Part shown: piece after piece, positions 13,401-25,354 of the stretch
Layout of the letters: every line of letters begins with the position of its first letter
Position numbering within the stretch: the stretch's first letter is position 1
Assembly: GCA_000934665.2 (NCBI GenBank)
Contig: KZ539027.1
Span: 1-55,482 of the forward strand
Direction: 5' to 3'
From: Catajapyx aquilonaris
Taxonomy: Eukaryota
DNA length: 55,482 nucleotides
The notes under the pieces: generated by a model
Database searches by the model: none
Told to the model about the DNA's origin: nothing
Seen by the model: only the letters and a program-made list of their open reading frames with translations
Position numbers and translations under genes: made by a program

Positions 13401-16400
13401 GTTGAATTTTTGGCCCACTATTGAGCAACGTCTTCAATTAGAGTTTCAGATTTGTCGGGCCCTTTTCAGAAATCGAATATGTAAAAGGAATGGGAGGCAC
13501 GTGTATTTAAAAATAACTTCCGTTGAGCTGGAGTGGCTCATTATTGTTATCGTCCTTATCAGAGGATTTGAAGTGCCTGTTACATATTATAAGGCAATGA
13601 TTCGGGCTCCCTATTGTGCCACATCATCCAAGTGATATTGCAACGCCGTTGAGAACTGTATAGTTAAAATGCCTATGGCTGATAATACATCAATAAAGTA
13701 TTGCACCCGTTTTAATTCATAAAATTAGGTTTTTAGTAATATCTGGAAAAATTGACTTCTCAGACCGGTTGCTCGCCGTCATAAATTTTTGATGCATAAT
13801 GTCTTTGCTAACCGACGAAAATGAATATTTCAAGCTCATTCCCAAAATCATTTGCCCTTGGAACAGTATGAGCAGTAGCCTTGTACCTAATCTTTTCTGA
13901 CAATTATGTAACATCTCTCAGCTCAACTAAAATAGATAAAGTGCAACAATAGTGTCCTTCGAGTGGGCCTCGCACTCGATAAAGCCATTAATTAAACATC
14001 CATATCAAAGTCCGCCTGAATGATTACAGCTCAACTGAATTTGACCACAATCCTCCTACCCAAACGTATATATTGTAAAGGATTAATTTTCACATTCTAT
14101 GAATCAACGGTTCACTGGAGCCTTCTCTTCTCCGAGGATAAGAGTCATTGATATTACCAATCAATTAATTAGTAATCCAATAAGGAATCGTCAGGGTAAC
14201 CGCGTTTACTGTCCTAGTCAATGAAATAACATCGATTTTTTAGTGTCTGATTCATGACAAACGAGTTAGTGGAAGCCATTCATGTCTTATGCAGGAAATG
14301 ATCTTTTTTTAGGAGATATGACTCCCATAATCGTAACGATATCCTTAGAAGTCATGAATTTTTAGCGACTCTTATTATTGGGCTATACGTTGCAGACAGC
14401 CCTCAATTATTCTAGTGCTTGGGCATAAAAATGACATAATAGTGGAGCACAAAAAAAAGCATATTTCGGTCCACGAAAAAGACAGGCGGGAAGCCCAATT
14501 CGTCATATAGTTTAGCTGTAAGTCGGCCAAGTGGAGGAGCAAAGGTTGCTGGGCTTGGCTTATAAAAGATCCCCAGCATAAGTAAAGAGAGACAGAGTTC
14601 TTCTGGACACCATTTCGCAAGGGGACGCACTTGTCAACTCAGGATTCAAATCACCTTGTCTCGATTCTGAAATTCAGATTCACTCTAATCCCGTCTTCGG
14701 AAGCAGTGCGATTGCATCTACTTTAGGTGGTGTTATTCTGGAGTGTGATTGGTGGCTTGGGCTTCCATTAGTCTTCCTCCTCTTCTGGCACATCAACCTC
14801 AGCCTTTATAAGAAAGCGCGCCAACACATTGCCAGGATTATATTTCGTAGGCTCGCTTCAGGGTTACACTGCTGCATAAAGGTAGGGTTACCAGATCATT
14901 TGTTAGCCTCTAATTTTAACTGGTGCAATTTTTGGCCTTAGTAACAGGAAAGATATATTGGAGTTATTTTCGACTGTGAGTGATTATATTTGGTCATTTC
15001 GAAGGCAACGTGTCTCATACATCGTGGCAATAACTTCAAAGTATCACTTAAATTATCAGTTTAATTCGGAAGATTGGTTAAAAAACTGCACTCGCATGTC
15101 AATATCCAAATTTTAAAATCAGGTCTTATCATAATTACAATGGTACTGTACATAATAAGAAAATATGTTGAATGCATAGCACCAGACTTTTTTCTGTCAG
15201 TGTGTAATATTATACTGTAATAGTATTACAAGTACATTAAGAGGTGTAACTTATTGTATAGGCAGTATTTATGCAATTGGTTTGATTCATTATCAGTTAT
15301 TGGATAGGCTTACGTGAGAGTTTGTAATTGTTACGGCATGTTGAGTATGTTTCGCACAAAGTGACCAATCGTGACGTCATGGATAAGTATTTTAAAATGC
15401 CTTGAGAGTGAAAGAGTGGGCAGGATACTGTAAGGAATGCGAGCAGTTGCCAAGACCCTGACCTCCACCAATTTTTGCGCATTTTTTTTGCCTTTTGCAC
15501 TACTTAAGGTTTTCTGATCTGCTAATTGCGAGATAAAAACTAACCGATAAGAGTGCATTGATTTTATGATTGAGAGCAAATATGCGGAACGAAGTTTATG
15601 AATTTTTTTAGACGTTCAGTGGAGTGAGGTAGATCGCTGTACTTCCAAGACGATAATTGTAAGTTTGCAAAATCACCCAATTAGCCAATTATTGATGAGG
15701 TAGTGAAACTTCAACTGATGATAAACAGCGATTACGAGCGGTCAAAGGTTTTTCGGTTCTTGCTTCGTTTCCTACATATCTTCAAGGTAAAATGCGCGAT
15801 TTGAACAAGTACGAGCGCCTCGTTCATGTAGTTGACCTTCACTTTTTTTTGTCTCATTCTGCAGATTGCATGACTTTGCTGAAATGTTCACTGATGAAAA
15901 GGTTGTGTCAAAGACATTTTCTCGGATTATGACCCATCCAATCTACAGACACTGATTGATTTTTATGAAGTGTATGAACAATGTTAATGCCCTATAACAT
16001 ATCCTGCACCTGCTGAGACATATGACCCCACATCCGGGGCCAAAGATTAGAGGTTGACGAATAAAGTTGTCCATCATGTATCACAAGTGATAACTTCTTA
16101 ATAGCCGATAAATCCAAAATCAATCAAAATTTTTGCAAAAATTGTGTTCATTGCGAGAGTGGTTATTGGAAGTGTGCTACAGTATAAATAATATAAAGTG
16201 GATCCTTGACCTCCTATTGGCAACATTTGTACGTAACACTCGATTTACGCAATAGTTATTGTCCTTTCAGATAAAAAATAATATTTCCTGAGATTGCGTG
16301 TAGCGTAGTGTAATACCTGTCACGAATTTTGCACTACTTATCACCAAATTTCCCCCTTGTGCAGGAATTTCCAATAACCCACGTTCGGTTTTTTTTCCTC

Positions 16401-16463
16401 CTCTATCGTGATCGACCTTTGCTTCGCACGCGTTTGAATCTGGTTCTGTGATAGGGCAAGGAC

Positions 16464-16470
16464 TATAAAA
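16464..16470 (+). promoter_or_regulatory. TATA box of the secreted peptide gene
   Basis: TATAAAA with an Inr-like TCACT about 30 nt downstream. A probable short non-coding exon 1 (donor near 16575) precedes the acceptor TTTGCAG immediately before the ATG. Confidence 0.6.
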
Positions 16471-16660
16471 ACGGGAGGGCAACATATGAATATCACTAGT
16501 GTGTTGCCCCTGACCATTCGCAAGCCGCTGTGTACCGAGGCAGAGGGAAGTGTCTCAATTCAACAGATCGGCAGGTAGCAATAGGCTATACACCCAAATA
16601 ACCCTACAAATCATTTTTAAGTATCACTGTAATCACTAATTGGCGGTCCTTTATTTGCAG

Positions 16661-17259
16661 ATGGCTGTGAGGTCCCTAGTACTATTAGCAGTGGGTGTCC
16701 TGGTTCTGGTCGCAATATACGGTCAGTCCGAATCCAGGCCGGCCTACGACAGCAACCGGACAGAGAATAGCAACTATCTGCGACATCGAAACATCAAGCA
16801 TCGTCGTGAGGACAATGCTTGTGAACAACAGCAGGTGAGATGAGGTTGTAAGGTGTTTTGACACTGACACCGGATCCCCGCATGCTAACCTGGGAGCTCA
16901 TCAATTGCTCCGGATGAGACATAGGGGACCCGGTTCAGGGAGAATCCAAGGCGCTACCAGTTGTGTACACTTGGCGCTCAGATTGCTTGCTTGCGTCACG
17001 TTGACAAAATTTTGGGATAGATTTGTCCCTTGGAGAAGCTTCCGCATTCAAGCTTGTTTGCATATTAGGGTAGTCCTGTAACTGAGGCATTTCATTTTCT
17101 ATAGTATGCTTTGACACTTTTTAGGGGGATGTGCGAGCTCTGTGCCAACGATGTGCGAAGGCAACCAAATCCCACGTGGTGTATCCTGCGTGCTGCGACA
17201 AAAGGACCAACGTACGGGAGTGGTGCGAGTTGTACCTCAACTTCGGCATTAGCAAATAA
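16661..17259 (+). CDS. Small secreted cysteine-rich prepropeptide (neuropeptide/hormone-like), 102 aa; exons 16661-16834, 17125-17259
   Basis: MAVRSLVLLAVGVLVLVAIYGQSES (signal peptide), RPAYDSNRTENSNYLRHRNIKHRR (dibasic site), then EDNACEQQQ|GDVRALCQRCAKATKSHVVYPACCDKRTNVREWCELYLNFGISK*. Canonical phase-0 GT-AG intron (CAG|GTGAGA ... TTTTTAG|GGG), six Cys, AATAAA at about 17810. Confidence 0.85.
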
Positions 17260-18973
17260 TGTCGTTCATGTCAGCTTCCAGTTATATTTTCCGACGAATT
17301 TACATCCCCTCCAATGGGAATCTCGGACCTGGGATGAGGACTTTTATATCCATATTTCCCATAACTTAAATTCCTTATTTATTTGCTTTCAACCCACTCC
17401 TTGGATAACAGAAAAAGACTTGTCAGACGACTCGTTGGTATCACTCTCAAGAGAATCAAGTGGAAGAGAGTATGTGGAGTGGGTAATAATGAACAGTACA
17501 CTTTCGATATGTACCTTTAAGATATTGCTTATGTGTTTTACTTTTGCAATTTTTTCTTTTGAGCGATCAGATTGGTCAGCGAGACACCTTTTTTGAAGAA
17601 GGTTAGTTCAAGTATGTCTTGATGAGCATAAATAAGACTTCTTGCTAAGTGAAGATTCTCACACTGCACAGTATTTTTTATTTTGAATAACTGGTATGAA
17701 ATTCAGGAAAAAAAAAGTTGCGGGGCTATACGTTCAAATCAGAGTTTGTTATCATTTTTATTCCGTAAATCCCTCCTCCCCCGTGCGTTCTTTATTCACG
17801 TATTTATTAAATAAAGTGCCCTTTGTTACCATTTTTTACTTGGAAATGTCCCACTGAATCCATGCCTTTACCATGGTTATATTTATCAAGCAGAGATGGC
17901 CCCTCGCTAAACAAGCCTGTATCACTATTCACGTAGGCTGTACTGTTTTGTGGGAATGTCTTTATTGTCAGCCACATTGTGTCATCAGTTAATATAATTT
18001 ATTGCACTGGATTCAACTTTTTTATTTTCCTCACTATTCTTCACTACCCAGTATAATCCCCTGAATTTTGTTATTATCTTCTTAGGGTCATCCTGATGAT
18101 CTTACCATGTCATATCAATTACTTAAAGTCATGAGTGAGAGAAAGTCATCATCATTCTGTCATCATACCGTAATTTTTTTTATTTTATTTATTACGATAC
18201 CCCTTTCGAGGGCAGTACCCTTTTTGGATGATCATATACCGTAAAATCATCATGCGTAAAAAGTGTGAGAAATAAAAAGATAACTGGCTCGAGATATTTC
18301 CATGCTATTATTGTAACCTGCTATGCTGTGGACATGCCTTATTAAAACACAAGACTTGAAAATTATAATGCATCAGTATCACATAAGAATAACCTCTGAA
18401 ACTGACTCTCTGGACATCCAGTCGTATGCACCTATACACAGTCATATGCGGTAATGTAAGTTACTGCACATAACCACAGTGTAGATATTTCCTGAAACTA
18501 TAGGCTACCTCTTTCCCGTGAAGTCAACCAAATCTTTTTTGACGTCAGCATGTGTAGAAGCAAGAGCTAATAACTTTATTAACTTATTAGCTCTTGGTAG
18601 AAGTAGTGTGTGTAGTAGTGTTGTGTAGTTCATTCGGCAAGTAGAAGGCGTTCCATCTGGAAGCCTGGAGGTTATGCTGCCCTCCTTCGTCCCATGCAAG
18701 GCGACGGGATGTGGTCTGGTGGTGCCAACAACTCATCAATGAGATGGCACTCCTGCTTTGCCCGTCCTTTGTTGGTGTAATTACGTCACCTGGGACAAGC
18801 CGAAGTCAACAGCCAGCATAGCACCCCCCCCCCCCTCCATTATTTGCGAGTACCTGACCAGGCTTCAGATTTTTTTGTGTGTGTGTATATGTATGTGGTC
18901 ATACGAGGATATTAAGGACCTCATCCTCAATATCCGCTGGCAACCCCATATCTGTTTGGGAAACGCCGTGAAG

Positions 18974-19045
18974 NNNNNNNNNNNNNNNNNNNNNNNNNNN
19001 NNNNNNNNNNNNNNNNNNNNNNNNNNNNNNNNNNNNNNNNNNNNN
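18974..19045. other. Assembly gap (N run) next to a poly-C tract
   Basis: Run of N characters. Confidence 0.99.
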
Positions 19046-20522
19046 CCCCCCCCCCCTCCCCGATTAATTTTATAATGTGAAGGAATTCCAACGGAGTTTT
19101 CTACCAGCCTGTTCGAATGGGCGGTTTTCTATCGGCTATCTCGCCCATTCCTCCTATCATTTTCCAGAAACAATATATTCCTTCCATATCCCCCCCTCCC
19201 TATTATGGCCAATAGCTTATTAGTATAGGTATAGCTTCGATCCCCCAATAAATGATAAACCAAACCTTACCGACCCAAATGTTATATAAAAGCTGATGGG
19301 GAGGATTTGTGCAGAAGAGCCTTCTGCTTTTTGAAATAAATTACTTGGAATTAGTTGCTTTGACGTATATCAGACTTGCTTTGAACATAATAAAGTAGGA
19401 GTCAAGGAACACATTGAACAATGCCCAACTCAATTCCGCCCAAATTGTGATTATATTCATTCTGAATTATAGTTGTTTACATAATTTTGGTGTTGTTTTT
19501 TTGTTCGAGCTGTAAATAATTATGGCACATCTGTACTATTCCATAAGGTATGCACTGTACGTCAGCCTGTCGGCAGCTGGAAAAATATGCCACATTGTTT
19601 TGTTTTTCTTCGAAGGAACCCCGCCGCCTGCCTCTCCAAGAACTCGTATAATTTTCGACGTATACGTATAGAACTGTGTCCTGAGATCAATTAGGTGGTG
19701 GAAGTAGAGATTTGGTGAATTAATATAATTATCTTGCGTTTCTTGTCTATAATGCATTTAATTTCTGGCCCGTTCATAGAGGCTCTATCATAAATGGTTA
19801 CCCCGGAGATCCTCTTTTAAAATAATAGGCCTACTCTATTCTATTCCTACGCTACTGCTGAGTTTTGATAGTGGAAGGAAACAGCAAAAATTAAGAGAAA
19901 ATCCACGTGTACAATGAGAGAAGTAAGCAATCGACACTATTTTGCACCTGAGAAATTCATCTGTCTCATCCGGGGATCAAAGTCGGGACCTTAGAGGCCT
20001 TGTCCCTTGTGTATAACTCCAATATAGGTATGCATTTTTGATCAGTTCAAAAGTTCAGGTCTGCAGCACACCTGTGCTGACCACACTTTGAGAATCACTG
20101 CTAACATCCTGATGATGATCAATAATTTTGCACCCCTCCAAATATATTGTGATGTCTATGTGCCTGAAGCATAACCCAAATGTGGCTACCAGACAATAGG
20201 AAGGAGAATGTGACGACTGCACTGTTACAAGGAATCCATATCACTTGATTCTCAGTGTTTGAAACTGCCGCGCGGATAAGTACCATTCACAACAATTTTC
20301 CACGAAATCCGGCAAATGCACCCCAGCACATGCCACCACGGAATATGTATGGGTAAACAAAAGGCTGCATAACTACGCATAGTTCAGGACGGTTCGGGGA
20401 AAAAAGCGGCGAATACCTGCAGTTCATACTTGCTGAGTCACTGTACCGGCCTGTGTTCTTGACGAATACGATACCGTAACGTGTAAGCGTGTCCATCCGC
20501 TGGTGGCGCCACCTATTGATTG

Positions 20523-20530
20523 TGACGTCA
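20523..20530. promoter_or_regulatory. CRE palindrome TGACGTCA upstream of the TMX gene
   Basis: Perfect CRE about 58 nt upstream of the ATG, in a CpG-rich proximal region. Confidence 0.45.
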
Positions 20531-20587
20531 TCAAAGTGTTTAGACAGCAACCGTCGAACAGAGAAGAGAACGAGGGGCGAATCGAAG

Positions 20588-23500
20588 ATGTCGAGGGCAA
20601 TGTTCTCGCCGTGTTTTTCGCCGTCTAGGGCTGTGCTCTTCCTTTCCTTGTTTTCGGCCCTGCTAGTGTCTGCCGGGCAGGCCAAGCCCAAGTCCGGCCT
20701 GGTGAAACTAGACGAGGACAACTGGTGGCAAATCCTGAAAGGGGAATGGATGGTTGAGTTGTGAGTTGTGCTATGGAATGATTTTGGGAGGGGATATGAC
20801 ATGGAAGAAAGTACAAATGGACAGTGGTTGACAGCTATCTTCATTTTATAGCTTTGCCCCATGGTGCCCAGCTTGCAAGGCCTTGCAGCCCATCTGGGAG
20901 GAGTTCGCAGGATGGAGCAACGACCTGGGGATACAGGTTGGACAGGTCGATGTGACAGCTTCACCTGGACTGAGTGGAAGATTCATGGTTGCGGCCCTGC
21001 CGACTATTTACCAGTATGTATGATGTTCACATAGGACATAGCCCACTGCATTACAGCCGGGTCTGGTGGTTAGCGCGCTCGCCTCTAGACCCAAAGTTGT
21101 GGGTTCAAACCTGGCCGAGGTCGGTGACTTTTCTCCTGGTGGTAGAAAAGTGAGAGTGCGCCTTCTTTTGGAGGGGAAGTAAAGCCGTCGGTCCCGTGTG
21201 CTTGTGACATTGCGCGAGTGCACGTTAAAGATCCCCAGAGTGGCCAAATTTCCAGGAGGAGGACCACCCCCTGGCGTCGGTGTTGAGCCTAGCAGCAGAA
21301 ATAGGCCGACGTTAAGCCCCCACTAAAGCCCACTGCATTTTGCTGGGGCTGATATGCTGGGCATTACAAGGGTGATCATTTTTTAAGGCCCAGCCTGCAA
21401 TAATTACTGATAACCTGTGGGTTTTACTAGGAAGAGACTGTGCTACAACATAGCCCGGAGCCCAACAGGCTCGCCAATTAATTTAAGATTTAAGTCTATG
21501 ACAAAGTGGCATTTTAGCCATAATGAACAGTCTTGTTCTGTGTGACCCTCTCGCTTGTCTATTATTTCTCACGTGGCAGTGTTGACAGATTTTGTGGTTT
21601 GATTGGGAAGAAGCCAAACAGAGTAAAGGCCGGTGTACACATAAAGATTTCTCGCGCGCGAGGAGCCGATTGCACATGCCCGGATCCAAGGAACGAGGAA
21701 AAGTAGAAAATTTTCAACTTTGATCCCCTTTCCGAGGGACCAAAGGGGCCCTGAGGCGATAAAGAGTCTGTCTCGACGGACAAGATTCCTGGCTCAAGAG
21801 GACTCGTGCCCGAGAAACTTTTACGTCGATACAAGCCTTAAGGCTAATATGCTATTAGAAGATATGTGGGTGGAACAGATGGGGATAGAAACAAAGAAAA
21901 AAAGGAGGCCAGAGAAGACTGGTGTGTCGCTTTTTCTCCTAACCCAAAAATACATTTCCAGCTTGGGAGATCCTGTCAGTAGCTATAGCTTATAGCTGTT
22001 GGGGTTGTAAGAAAAATACAGCAAGGTGGCGATACCATATGGGGACATTTTTGCAGTAGGTCGTGAGTGTGACACCTGCTCAGGTGCCAATCATCACATC
22101 ATGTGCTGGCTACCAGCTGATGAATATTTTATTTATATACTACAGTAACCTAATAATTATAATCTAACCTCCCTTTCCTAACATATGGAAACCTAATTGG
22201 CCACTTTTTCTAGGCTGCACACAGTAGTATGCGATCTTATTGCTGCTCCTTCACTCACAGTCAGTGTCCATCACTCAACACCAGCCTTTTCCTTTTCCTT
22301 TTTTCCTTTTTTTTTTAAATTCCAAAAAATGGTTAGCTCGCAAAATATATTCTGTAAACAGGTCAATTCAGGTTCCAGACACTGTCCCATACAAGCAGTT
22401 TTTTGCAGTGAAAAAGTACTTAGAACACTCCCAAGGCTTGACATTAAGCAGCTGTGAAGTGTGAAGTTGTCTTCTTTGTACAGTAAATTACTCCAACTTT
22501 AGAATAATCATTGCAAAAGCATGATTTTGTATTGCTCGGTAGTGTGAAATCTCAGGTCCATTATGTCATGGGATCATACCGTTATCATAATCACCTCACA
22601 CTTTCCTCTCTTACCAAAGTATTATTGTGAAATAATACGAGGAGTGATCAGAAAGTAAGGTCTCCAAGGCTGTAACCTTTATTCTGTATGAACACAAATG
22701 ACGAAACTTACAGGGTAGATGAGGACAATGGAGATCTACTTTTCGATGTAGTTACCACACCGAAGAACGCACTTATCCCATCGCCAGACCAGTTTCTCAA
22801 TCCCTTCCCAATAGAAAGGGGTGCCCTGTTGACAGCACCAGTCACACACAGCCTTCTTCGCCTCATCGTCGCTTCGGAAATGCTGACCTGCCATGTCTGC
22901 TTTCAGGGCTCTGAATAAGTGATAGTCTGTGACGGCTAGGTCGGAACTATAGGGTGGATGAGGAAGAACTTCCCTGTCGTATTCATTCTGCAAAGCCATG
23001 GTATCCCTCGGTGTGTCTTGACGGACGTTGTCGTGGAGAAGGATGACCCCAGCAGTGAGCAATCCTGGAAGTCGCGACTATCAATTCGGAGAGATACGCA
23101 GTGAGCAATCCTGGAAGTCGCGACTATCAATTCGGAGAGATACGCAGTGACCCTGGCGAAGTTGCAGAAGGCCATCAGGTGGAAACGACCAGGATTGCTC
23201 ACTGCTGGGGTCATCCTTCTCCACGACAACACCCGTCAAGACACATCGAGGGACACCATGGCTTTGCTGAATGGATACGACTGGGAAGTTCTTCCTCACC
23301 CACCCTATAGTCCCGACCTAGCCCTCACAGACTATCACTTATTCAGAGCCCTGAAAGCAGACATGGCAGGTCAGCATTTCCGAAGCGACGATGAGGCGAA
23401 GAAGGCTGTGTGTGACTGGTGCTGTCAACAGGGCACCCCTTTCTATTGGGAAGGGATTGAGAAACTGGTCTGGCGATGGGATAAGTGCGTTCTTCGGTGT

Positions 23501-25279
23501 GGAAACTACATCGAAAAGTAGATCTCCATTGTCCTCATCTACCCTGTAAGTTTCGTCATTTGTGTTCATACAGAATACAGGTTACAGCCTTGGAGACCTT
23601 ACTTTCTGATCACTCCTCGTATGTCAAATGATGATTGTGTAAATTTATGGTTATTGTTTTGCTATAGCCTTCCATGATTATTCAAAAGCTGATTAACATG
23701 GAAGGTGACTACACAGCTGTTTAGTGCCAAGTCTAAGGAGTCTTCTAAGTACTTTTTTCATGTGATAAACTGCCAGGAAGAGGCAGTTTTGGGGGCATGA
23801 AGTGACCTATTTGGCTGTCTCTTTTGCTAAGCTGCCATTTTTCAGATCTGGAAAATATTTGAAGAGGGTGAAATGATGGACAATTCATGATGGGAGGATC
23901 AGTATGATCATGCAATACTGCATGCATCATGGGAAAATTTGTCAGATAGGTTTAAGAACCTTAAGAAAGGGAGGTTAGGTTAGGTCAGCGTAGGTTGGTA
24001 TGCCTGTTAAAAATTAGTCACAGGATCACCTGGCAGCTAGTGCATGATGTAATGATGATGACTTGGGCAGGTATTGCACTCTGAATAGTCGACTACTCCA
24101 AAACTTCACAATTAGTCCTGGGCAATAAATGGCCAATGTGAAAAATGGATGCACAAAATTGAGCCAAGTTCTCAATAGTTGAAATACCACTATGTCATGT
24201 TTTTCAACCTTGAAAGTGTACTTGGTGAACCTTTTGGGTTCTGTGCTACGTTGGAGTGTAGGGGTCAATTTTTCATCCTACTAGGCTACTAGTAATCATG
24301 GTATCCCATGAAAAGCTTATGGGAGACTCTTGACTAGTAGAAGCAGGCTAGTAGCAGAGCCTTCGCAAGTGGACAAGAAACCAACCCTAGGTTTTTGGAA
24401 ACTCTTCCAGATTATGGTAAAATAATTACCAAATTTAGCATGTATATTTCCTCAGTATGTTCAAAGGTTAGTGGCTGGGTTATGGAAATCTCAAGTCTTT
24501 TTCTGTGCTTTCTTGACTCTTGTGATTTACATTTTACTTGTTGCTCATTAATTGATTAGAACATAAGGGCATTACTGTTGGCCTGGTGAGCAGAACATTA
24601 CTCAGCATCTATAATATTAAATGCTTCGTTGCACGACCTAGCCCTCTGATTGCCCCGGCCGCATATTGTTGTTACCGCACGCTTCCTATTGGCCCCCATT
24701 TATTGTTACCTCGACACCTCCAATTGGCCCCATTCCGAGCATGCGCAATGGGTGGAAGAACGCCACGGTCGCTTGCTGGACATCAACGAGGACACTTCTC
24801 TCCCGTGAACACCCCTCTATCCTTCCGCCCTCCTCCACCCACGTCGTCACGGTGACCTCACAACAGGGGAGGGGGAGAGGAGGGGGGAATGGCACGCCGT
24901 AAACAAACAGAACACAGGCTATAGTCAGGATCTGTTATTTATCAGTGGTGCTAACTCCACGGACGTTTAATAAATAAAGTAAAATAATTTCAGTTTTTAA
25001 AGCAAGGTCCTTACTGGTACCCCCACGGAGAGAGTGGGTAACCAGGATTGACCGGGATATACAACACTGAACCCGGGGATAGGTCGAGAACGTCAGAAGA
25101 AAGTGTCGGGGAGAATGAAACCAGTGTTTGATCATTTAATACAAACACTGCCGAGTTCCATGGACATTTATAAGAAAGGGGAGTTATGAGCAGTTAGAAA
25201 AACGTGGTCTGAAAGTGTGCGTATAATTTAGATACATGTGCGAGTGCAGAGGCAATAGAGGTTGTGAGTTTCCGTTCAT

Positions 25280-25354
<75 letters not shown>

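Noticed and set aside
11665..15950. Several AG...GT-bounded exon-like segments (11665-11769, 13004-13130, 14678-14881, 15612-15658, 15729-15808, 15867-15953)
   Set aside because: Phases do not chain, one segment has stops in all frames, and no protein family is recognisable. A decayed or non-coding gene cannot be excluded without RNA-seq.
17111..17596. 161-aa ORF MTLFRGMCELCAND...
   Set aside because: Wrong frame. Splicing at 17125 uses another frame that gives the coherent six-cysteine peptide.
20287..20964. 225-aa minus-strand ORF
   Set aside because: Antisense shadow of TMX exons 1-2 and its GC-rich promoter, with no recognisable domain.
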